DNA of 58,527 bases, counting the filler, from Basidioascus undulatus (lineage: Eukaryota), in the NCBI GenBank assembly GCA_000826855.1. It is 4 parts of 4 records of this genome, joined end to end, with 100 filler letters (N's around TTAATTAATTAA, not from the genome) between each part and the next. Parts side by side here need not be neighbours in the genome. Positions count along the whole stretch, not along the records: positions 49,027 to 58,527 come from JTLS01001250.1; 3 more parts are not named here. One strand, 5' to 3'. The notes under the pieces are model-generated. The model was not told where the DNA came from and made no database searches. It saw nothing but the letters and a program-made list of their open reading frames with translations. Both the position numbers and the translations under genes were made by a program. Shown one piece after another: positions 49,063 to 58,527 of the stretch; the stretch's first letter is position 1; each line of letters starts with the position of its first letter.

Positions 49063-49210
49063 GTCCGTTCCCGCCTCTCCCCTTCTTCTTTATCTTCTCC
49101 CTCCCCATCCCCTCCCTCTCCCCTTCTTTCTCCATTCTTCAACTGTCACAATTCCAGTTAGAAGGTGAACGTTGAAGGTTGGAGGCTGACCCCCACGGTG
49201 GAACGCGCAG

Positions 49211-51205
49211 GCCAACCCCGCCCTCCAAGGCCAGAAGCTCTACACGCGAGGGGACGCCTCGCTCGACGTGTTGGACAAGCAGATCTTGCGGATCCTGGGC
49301 AAGGCGCCCACGCTCGCTGCGTTCGTCCCCTTCCTTCTCCCCCCTCCGTCCCCCTTCCCCTTCCCTCTCCGTCCATTATCTTTCCTCTGCTTTCCTACAC
49401 GGGCCTCGCTGACGCTCGGCCCGCACAGCATGGCCTACCGCCGCCGTCAAGGCCGGCCTTTCAACCACCCGCCCCAGGGGCTGTCCTACACGGCCAGCTT
49501 CCTCTACATGATGGACATGCTCTCGGAGAAGGAGTACAGGCCGAATCCTGTGTTTGAGAAGGTTTGTTTTCTTCCCCTCCCTCTCTTTCCCCCTTTCCCC
49601 ACGTCTTCCTCTTGCTTCCCTTCTTTTCCCCCTGCCCCTGCCACTATCCTTATCCTTTCTATGTTCTCCGTCCCTCACTTTCCTCTCTCTTCCCCTACCC
49701 AAGGATGCTGATAGAGTCTGTGGGGGGGGGGACCAGGCGCTGGATGTGCTGTTCTTGTTGCACGCCGACCACGAGATGAACGCCTCTGCAGCGGCGGTGT
49801 TGCAGACGGGGTCGACGTTGGTGGACCCGTACGTCTGTCCTTCCATCCGAAGGGTGGGGGGGAGTGAAGGCTGATACAAGGGGCGAGGGGAGGAAAAAAG
49901 GTACTCGGCCGTCGCTGCCGGTTCCGCGGCGCTGTATGGACCGTTGCATGGGGGCGGTGCGTTTCCACTCCTCTCTCTGCTCTTCCCCTGTTCTTCAGAG
50001 CGAGTCTGACTCCCCCACTTTGCCGGGACCAGCGAACGAGGCTGTTATCCGCATGCTCAGTCCGTCTTCTCCCTGTTTCGTGCAGGGTGGGGTGGTGGTA
50101 CTGAACGATGGGGGGTGGTGGGACGTGAACAGCCAAGATCGGCACGCCCGATAAGGTCCCGGAGTTTTTGGAGCGCGTGAAGCGGAAGGAGGCTGTTTTG
50201 TCTGGGTTTGGTGCGTTTTCCACCCGACCTCCCTTCTATGCCCTCTCCCTTTCCTTCCCTTCCCTCCCTTCTCCCTTCCTTCCATCCCAATTTCCTGCCC
50301 GTTCTTCCTCATGACCTTGCTGTGAGATTGTGTTGCTGACGGGACGGGAACGTACCAGGCCACCGCGTCTACCGCACGCACGACCCGCGCTCGTTCATCG
50401 TGCGCAAGACGGCGGAGGAGGTCTTCAAGGTCACGGGTCCGAGCCCGCTCCTTGATACGGCGCTTGCGCTGTATGATGGGGCAAGCAAGGACGTGCGTCG
50501 GTCTTTCCCCTCCCCTCGTCTGCTTCTGGCTCCCCCGTCATATCCTGAAGCTCACGAAACGGAGAAACGATCACAGGAGTACTTTACGTCGAGGAAGCTG
50601 GGAGCGAACGTCGATTTCTGGTCCGGCATTATCTACCTCGCGATGGGTGGGTGCGAGCCTGTCGAATGTCCATTTCGAAGGACACCACTGATTGGAGGGA
50701 TGGCACAGGCTTCCCCATGGACTTCTTCACCGTCCTGTTCATCGTACCCCGCTGCGTCGGGTGGCTCGCGTAAGCTTCTCCCTCCTCCTTCCCCCCTCCT
50801 CCCTCTAACGTAGTCCCACCCCCGTAGGCACTGGCGCCAAGTCCGTCTCCCCCTCTCTCCATCCACTTTCGCCTCATACTGATGAGCTCCACCAAAACAC
50901 GCGCAGATGATGCTCCAACAAGGCGGCGTCAAGATCTGGCGCCCAAAGCAGATCTACGTCGGCCCGGCCAAGCGGGACTATGTCCCCCTCGGCGAGCGCG
51001 AGGACGCGAGCGGCGGGGAGGCGCGAAAGAGGCTTTCGAAGGTCCGCTTGAACCCCTTCTCCCTTCCTCCCCTCCTTCCCTCGCCTTCCCGTCCCGCGCT
51101 CTTCTTTGAAATGAGAAAGATACTGATTCGGGCGCGGGACAGATCCACCATTCGCTCGCGACCAAGAGGCAGTTGATGAATGGGTGTGCGAAGGCGAAGC
51201 TTTGA
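49211..51205 (+). CDS. Peroxisomal/glyoxysomal-type citrate synthase, N-terminal part absent
   Basis: ANPALQGQ..LHADHEMNAS..LYGPLHGGA|NEAV..GF|GHRVYRTHDPR..NVDFWSG..GWLA|HWRQ|..WRPKQIYVG. Ends AKAKL* (PTS1). Confidence 0.93.
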
Positions 51206-51699
51206 GGGCACGGGAGGGAGAGGAGGGGAGAGGCTCGGCGGGAGGCCGTCGACTTGAAATCGAGGTTGAGATTGAAGGAGTAGACCGATTGAGATTGAGC
51301 ATCATAGATTTTTTCGAGTAACATTGTCAGGGGGTGGGGTGGGACTGCGTTTGGCTGTCGTGGCTGCCCGCTCGCAGTTCCAGCTGTTGTACTGTTTTTG
51401 ATAGTTCTTCAGTGATGCATGGCTTCGCATCCAAAACTAAGTAACCTAGCGTTCAATGAAGGGACTCTGAAGCTGACAGGGCGCACAAAATCCTTCTGCC
51501 TTGTATTAATGCTTGACCCTTTCTCTGTCTTTTTTAAATTCCCTGGTATATAGCAGGCAGTATGGTAGCCTTACGAGATTTTGCCATTTGCCTCAATTTT
51601 AGCTGATTTCAGGAACAGGCAGGCGGCAGACGGCCACAACCACGCCTAAGGCCCCCTTAGTCGAAAGGCTCGAAGTACGCCACAAGAACATAAATCAAA

Positions 51700-52940
51700 T
51701 GTGGATACTAGAGCACATTCTGAAACTATGCGGTTACTGCTCCTTTAGGCGTCAACATTCTCCTCTGGTCTGCTTCGCAGAGAAGGCGAGCACTCACGAG
51801 ATGTTCCTTCGGGCGATTCCATATGGCTCCCAGTAGCAGTCGAGGGCGGCTGCAGGGACACCGGTGTCGGTGCTTGTTCATTAGCTGTATGAGCGCCCAG
51901 AGAGAAAAGCAGATGCACTTTCGCTGCCCTCGTTAGGGTCCAATTCGTTAACGAAGTGTGTCAGGTCGGAGAGCGCCTCGTCCTCCTTTCGGTTCCCGAG
52001 GGGCGCGCTTGAAGCCGATGTCGAGGATGCGGAAGACGTACGGTAGCTCACTTCCGTGTATAACGCCTGAGGCCATCGTCCCGTTCTGCGGGACCTGCGC
52101 GAAACGGTAGCGGTAGACTGCGCCCCCGCGCGAGGCACGCTGCGTAGCTGCGTAGCGGGTCACCATGTCGGTGAAGATGGCGAAGCTCCTGTCAGTCATG
52201 GACACCCATTTTCTCACGGTCATGCTTGCACAACCATATAATGGGATATATGATGCCCTAATCCAGGCCCTTTAGCGTTTGCTACCGCTGCTCCGCACAA
52301 CCCGAACACGCCCCTCTGCCAGCTCGAGCGCCAAGTCCTGCAGCACACTCATCGGCAAGTCGGGCAGCATGACGACGTGCCGGTGGCCCGCTTCCCTGCT
52401 CTTCTCGCGCGCCTGCGCGACGGCGCCCGCCCATTCAGCTGTCCCGCCTTACAGCGCCCACCCGCGCTCAGCAAGCTAGGCGGGTGGATCCTGAAGGTCG
52501 TAACGGTACAAATGAAGCAAATCACTGTCAGTAATCTAGACGATGGTGCTGGAGATGCGGATGGCCGAACACACAATGAGAAAGCGCCTGGGAAACATTT
52601 GGCGAACCTCCCCTTTTTGTGCGACAGGTCAATGGAAGACCGGATGAGTCCGGCAAAGCGAGTGAGGTAAGAGAAGCGAACAGCACCATCATACCGGTCT
52701 ACCGAGCTGGCCGTGCGGATCCGCGTGCTGAAAAATGGACAGCAGCTCGCGAGTGCACCCACGCGAAAGGGCCTTTGCGTGGTCGACGGTGGGCCCCAAT
52801 GGAGGGACGATGCCCAGCGCGACGAGCGCGTCGCGCTGGGCGCGGTAGTGCATGTCCTCGGGTAAGTCGGGCGCGACTTTCAGGATCGCTGCCCAGATGC
52901 GCGCCTCGACTAGATTGCCCAACGCGCGATCAATCAATCA
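51700..52940 (-). pseudogene. Type-B carboxylesterase/lipase pseudogene (C-terminal part)
   Basis: AIFTDM..AVYRYRFAQVPQNG..GVIHGSELPYVF is the catalytic-His region. PLGPTVD and GRFAK fragments lie in broken frames. No GxSxG motif was seen. Confidence 0.75.
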
Positions 52941-54588
52941 ATGTTCCATTCCGCGGCGCTCCGGTTGAGGAGAAAGGGAGAAAGATCACTGGTCAATGGT
53001 GCTCTTCTCTGTTGAGCAACACGGAACAGAGGCCGTATTCCACGGTGGCTGATGAGCAATCCCGTTGCATCCACAAAGGCCGCGGCTGACAGGTCTCATC
53101 AGGTGCAGGCCCCAAAGCTTTCCCGCGCGTTCGCGGCGCTCAGGAGTGTCGAGTGCGGACCCTGGGTTTTGGCCCAAGTGGCGTGCCCATTGTTGGAGCG
53201 CTCGAGAAGGGAGGTTGAGGCGGTGAAGGTACGCCTGATGAATGTGCGTGAGAGGCACCGCCACGCGCGACGTTCGAGAGGGATTGAGCGTCCAAAAACA
53301 GTTGAGCATTGGGAATAACAGAGTGGACTTGGTCAGACGATGTGAGGATCGAGAAGGATGATCGAGCGAAAGGATGGTCGTGGTTGAGAGTCAAGCTGCG
53401 GCAAGGAGATTTGCGCGTCAAGGGGGCGGCGGTAAGGGACGGCATCTGCATCTGCGGTCCCTACGAGCCTTACAGCGCACTGGTTTTTTTTTGGGTTCAT
53501 CCATTCTTTCTTTCCACGGATTTACAGGCCCTTGCACTTCCCTGAAAACCAATGTTTCCTTTGCTCTCGCATCCCTCCCTGTCTCGTACTTTCGTCTTTC
53601 ACCTAACAGGCTAGGTCTTCGGCCTCTATATCTGCCGGTGCATCCTGCCCATCAGCCTGAGTCGGAGTGTGGGGATAACATAATGAAAATTGCACCTTGC
53701 ATGAATATCTTCTACTCGAGTTGTTGCAGAGCCGTCCAAGAGAGTGACGGTGGGCGCAGTGTCGAAGTCGCGAGTGACAGGAGATGCAGCTGATGGAGGT
53801 GTGAGCCCCGTCAACAGCAAGGTGTTGAAAAAGAGCATTTTGAACGTTCTATGGCTCTTCGTACGACGCGAACAAATGGTAGCTTTTATCAGGTTGTGCT
53901 TTTCATGCTTATCTTGATCTTTGGTTCAAGCGTCGCGGCCGACGGTCGCCGGCGGACCTGCGTGCGACGCACTGCACGTCTCTAAGAAAAATTTCTCCTC
54001 TAGATTGCTTCATGCTACAACTAAGACCTTCTGAAATCGTGAAGGGTATGCCGGATGGGTGTATGCTCGACTCTCCGCTGGAACTTCGACCGCAACTCCT
54101 ACCCATCAATGAGCTCTTCTGTTTGATGTTGCTGGAAGTTGATTCCTGTGCCTGTCATAGATCCCAGGTTTATCCCAAGTCCTCGTGATTTGGTTTGCCT
54201 CAATCGGCCGCATAGGTCGCCACTCTCCGGTACGGACGTGAAGGAGGTGAGGAGGAGGGGCGGGGAGATGGAGGAGGAAGACGAGGGATTGCGAATGTCG
54301 GGGTTGGGCCGCTGAGATATGGAAATGACCGATTAGGTAAAAAATGTGCGGGGTTGGGCTGAAGACGAAGAAGAAGGACCAGAGAAGGCATGAAACCACG
54401 ACCGACCTCGCAGATTCCCCCTACCCGTCCGTTCGGGCAAGGAGTCTATCTAGTCTCGGGAAGCACTGGAACGGTGATCACGCCTTAAACCTTCCCTAAA
54501 CTCCAAAGGCACAGTTGCAGTGCGTGTACTTGGCAGCAACCTCGAGTTCGAGGCGCAGCCGCTGCTCGCTGCGCAAGCAGCAAAGCAG

Positions 54589-54597
54589 TATATAAAA
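54589..54597 (+). promoter_or_regulatory. TATA box (TATATAAAA)
   Basis: Canonical TATA ~75 nt upstream of the ATG at 54668, followed by a pyrimidine-rich leader. Confidence 0.65.
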
Positions 54598-54667
54598 CCC
54601 CGCTCGCACCTCCAACAGCTCTCCATCAGCCTGTTATCTTCGACTCTCCTCTATAAACCTTTTAAAC

Positions 54668-55410
54668 ATGTGGGCCACCTCATCCTCTTCGTCCTCTCCC
54701 TCTCTGCTACCACCCCCTTCGCCGCGGCGCTGCCTGGCTTCCAAATCGGAAATGGGCAGCTCGCTCCGAGGAATGGACAGACGGGCAATAATCAGAAGAA
54801 TGGGTAAAAATTTACTGGCATAGGTGAGGTACACAGTGGTTGACGCGTCCGAAATCCTCAGCATTACAAACCGAAGCACTACGTCAAGAAGGTCGAACAC
54901 AAGCCCATGAAGGTCGAGCACAAGCATAAGAAGATTGATTGAGCACAAGGTACATTAAATTTAACTTTATACTTCTGACAATCGAGTCACAGACTCATAA
55001 ACCCCGAATAAACCACAGCAGAAGCCAAAGGAGATCGTGAAGATGGTAAAGAAACCAGTGTACGAGGTCGTCGAGAAGCCGGTCCAGGTCATCAAGTACA
55101 TTTCGAGGCCCGAGAACAATAAGGAGGCGGAGAAGGAGAAGAAGATGAACGAGAAGAGATATGTGAAGAAGATGCGGTTGAGAACCTTCCATAGCTAGCC
55201 GACAAATTGCGCTGGAACTGACTTGAACCCAACAGGACGATGGCGAGAAGAAGGGCGATAAGAAGGACTATGATGGGACGGGAAAATCGACAAACAAGGA
55301 TGAGGACAAGTAAGAAAAAACGGCAAGCGGATAGCGAAAGCAATGGCGACAATGGCAGTGGTCAACGTGGCGAGGAGGACGGCGACAACAGCGATGGCAA
55401 TGACAACTGA
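54668..55410 (+). pseudogene. Disrupted secreted Lys/His/Glu-rich repeat protein
   Basis: A signal-peptide-like LILFVLSLSATTPFAAALP is out of frame with the ATG. KVEHK repeats, KKPVYEVVEKPVQV and a D/K/G-rich tail follow, with stops and frameshifts. Confidence 0.6.
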
Positions 55411-55742
55411 TCGGATTTCTCGATTCTTGAGTGATCTTTTGCTTCAGCCTGTAATGGACTTGTATTGGTGGATTGAAATCCTTTAATCGATGTACGGCAG
55501 CACCTCGGGCAGCGGTTGCCGCCGGCAGGCTTGCACTGTTCCATGGTCGCCTGAAAGCTTCCTCACATACGTGGGGCTGGCCTTCCTAAGAGGCTGAACA
55601 CCACACAAATGTCCAGTAAAGGAATCAAACCAGTCAAGTCATATAGAGACCCTATGAAATGCAACCTCCACTGAGCGCACTCTGTATTAAGCGTAATTGC
55701 GAGCAGGACATCTTCTCTTCACCCCTCACGAACATCCTCCCC

Positions 55743-56392
55743 CTATAACAGAAGAATCTCGACGACCGCCACCTGAACCTCCCGGCCATAGCCGATCCGT
55801 TTGACCAAAGCGTGCAGCTCGCTAATCACCGCAGGCCATCTCCGGCGTTGGTCGTCAAACGGAAGGGCCATCCGCACGCGCTGTAGCTGTGTGTCGTAGT
55901 GCACGAGCGCAGACCCCCTGTCCACGCCCCGCGGATACTCGACGCCACCATTGGCGACCTCGAGGCGCTTCAAGTTCCCGAACATCAAGGGCAAGACCGG
56001 GACGTATTTTGGCATCCAGATCTGACGGCCGCGTTCTGGCCGCGTATCTGGCCGAGCAGCGCGAGGAGGGTCGAGTCCAAGAGGTGCGAGTCGTTTGGTA
56101 GATATGGGACCTAGAGTTGTTTGGTACGCTGGAGCGGGGAGGAAAGGGACGTAGGCAGCCAGTCGTCGTTGCAGGACCGGTAGAAGCGTCCAAGCGCCGT
56201 CTCGTCCTCGTCCTCGATAGAAACGGAGGCGTACAGGCGCGCGGTGGCCGCGCCGCCCCACTGCTTGTTAACGCGCCCGGCCGCGGCGAAAGTTGGGGGG
56301 TAGAGATGGGACAGGATCTCGCTGAGCGGCTCGAGGACGTGGTGGGTGCCGAGGGCGCTCGTGGCGCTCGAGATCGTGGGCGCGCAGGACAT
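55743..56392 (-). CDS. Small F-box-like protein
   Basis: EPLSEILSHL..AAGRVNKQWGGAATARLYASVSI (F-box-like), an intron near 56150-56095, then MFGNLKRLEV. Confidence 0.6.
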
Positions 56393-57178
56393 GGCGCGGC
56401 GTTGGATGAGGGAAGTGGGTGTGGTAAGAAGCAGAGTGGCGCTTGGGGGTACACCGAGTGCGGTGAAGGATCAAGAGGTCAAGGAGAGCCGCCGAAGTCG
56501 ATGTGGGTGGCTGCAAATTGGAGGAATGAGCCAGAGAGACAGTCGTCCAAAATAAACTCGATGATTTCGCCTCTTAATCTTCCAGCAGACATGCCAGTGA
56601 GAAATACTGGTGGTCGAACTCCGGTTTCGACTGCAGCTCGCTCCGCAGCGGCTTCAAACCCGTGTCTTCTCCTGCCAGGTGATGGAGCCCTGGCAGCTGG
56701 ATGATACTTACCTCTTGATTTACATTTTTGTGCTTTCAGAAAAAATTCTATGGTGGTGGCCTGAGAGAACAGGAACGATGAGTTGCCAAGCCCTCTGAGC
56801 CCTTGGCAGGCGACTGAACGCAAGGGAGGTGACGCTTCACTGAGGGAGCCGAAGTGCAGCAGTGCGAAGACTGCCACTTCCTGCACGATCGAGGACCGTG
56901 ACTGGCTCTCTTGAGGACGGTTTAATCGATCCCCCTTCCCACCACTTTCGAATGGTAACAGTTGACGCGCCGGCCCCATAGTGTTATACTGCATTCCTCC
57001 CACATTGGTTAAGTTAAACTCTTGAATAGCCGACAGTCAATCTTTCCTCAGCCGCTTCAAAACCATCGCCCAGACTTGATCAAGTTTATGCAAGGCAGCG
57101 TATATTCCAGAGGCAAATCGAATGTCTGATCAACCTAATATAACATAGAAGCCAACGCAACAGCCCTGCCACCCGCTC

Positions 57179-58527
57179 TCACCGCGAATACGCCGGCGCA
57201 GCATCCTCCCCCACCAGATCCATATAACTCAGCGCCTCCAGCCCACCGACATTTTCGCCCACGACCCTGGGCCTATCAGTGACAATGCCAATCTCCCTCT
57301 CCCACCCTACCTTCTCCCTCCCCATCCCAAACTCCACCCTCATCAAGTAATCCACGCGCATGCCCCAGCCTTCCCACCCCCCCACAGCGCCCGCTTTCGT
57401 TCTCAAGCAGAACGTCCCCGACGCAGCGTCCCATGCGCCGGGCACGGGGCGCGTCCACCCAGAGGAGGGGTAGCCGCAGAGGGAGGAGCCGGGGACGCAG
57501 GAGGTGAAGATTAGGCGCTGGAGGATCGTGACTTTCGGGGGCGGGTGGGAAGAAGAGGCGGGTAGGTTGAGGGAGAGTGGGATGGGGGTAGAAACTGGGT
57601 AGACGAGCGGAGAAGGGAGGGCGATCTGGAAGTGTCGCTTTAGGACAGGAGGGCGGGAAACGAGACAGTCACGAAATGGGAGCGCAACGCACCGAAGCGT
57701 ATTCCCCTGTTCCCAAGCGGACTTCCCATCCCTCTCGCACTTTCCCGACCTCGCTCGGGAGCCCGACAGCAGCGCGACTCCTTCGCTCAAGCGTAACAGG
57801 TTGCTCAATCCTGTTCCACCCCCCACTCAGCACTGACGCCGTTCAACGCCCAAACACCAACTGACTCACTCAATCTCCTGTGCCCTCCTCCCCCGTCCCA
57901 GCCGAGCCCTCATACGAACGCGCCACTCCACCCCTGCCATGAGACCCGCGCCTTCTTCTACCCATGCGAAGCTCGGGGGCGCTTCGGCCGGGATGGACAG
58001 GGCGAAGGGGAGGAACAGCGCTTTGCGTTGATTACCGCCCTCCGCGTCCACCTCGGTCGCTCGCCGATCGCCGCTGAGCAGCATCTGAGAGGTCTGATAC
58101 TGCGGGATCAGCTCGCCGTAAAACGGGTTGATCGTATAGCCGGTCAACTGGAAAGCTTATGTCAGCGATCTTCCGGGAATCATTGTTTCACAGCTGTAGA
58201 AAAAACTCACCTCGACCCGTACTCTCCCGATGGTTCCCACCTCTCCGCCCTCGATCCGTACAGCCCCATCCAGCCGCCCCGGCTCTCCCGAGCCGACGTG
58301 CAGGACGATTCCGTGCCCGGCTTTCGGGCTCTGCGTGGGCGCGAGGAGCTGGAGGCGGAGCTGCTTCCCCTTAGCGGCGCCTTCGGTGGGCGGCTTGGGC
58401 GGGTAAGAGAGCGTAGCGACGAGCTTGTGTTTTGCGGGGGAAATGTACGGGGGAAGGGGGTCGAGAGTGGCGGAGGTTGGGGATGGGGGTGGATAGGGCG
58501 GAGGAGGCGAGGAGTGCCCAGAGGGGG
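57179..58527 (-). CDS. Alpha-arrestin-like protein (5' end outside the window)
   Basis: LDGAVRIEG..RVRVE|LTGY..LPFALSIPAEAPPSF..AGVEWRVR (arrestin-N-like), RVDYLMRVEF, and a C-terminal APAYSR. Confidence 0.6.

Overview
Intron-rich fungal nuclear DNA, most likely a basidiomycete yeast (short GT..AG introns with CTRAC-like branch sites, basidiomycete-typical gene families). The window is four contigs joined by artificial 100-nt N/TTAATTAATTAA/N spacers (9519-9618, 19125-19224, 48927-49026), so adjacency across them is unproven. GC-rich housekeeping genes with no obvious lesions are the spliceosomal helicase BRR2, the tRNA dihydrouridine synthase DUS1, the TRAMP poly(A) polymerase TRF4/Cid14 and CMC2. 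Ubiquitin and a peroxisomal-type citrate synthase ending in AKL are present but partial. Between these genes lies a dense set of decayed accessory genes: a DHA1-type MFS transporter, a Cap60-like fragment, an orphan mitochondrial-carrier repeat, a copper amine oxidase, F-box/LRR proteins, an HExxH zincin-like protein, a carboxylesterase and a Lys/His-rich secreted protein, plus probable transposon relics. I found no clearly novel multi-gene system. The best leads are the pervasive pseudogenisation pattern, an RDEL-ended protein with 33-aa LEA-like repeats, an in-frame terminal intron just before the BRR2 stop codon, a two-PPxY microprotein, the zincin-like family, and an EF-hand/citrate-synthase chimeric junction. 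All family assignments come from manual translation and recalled motifs, not database searches.
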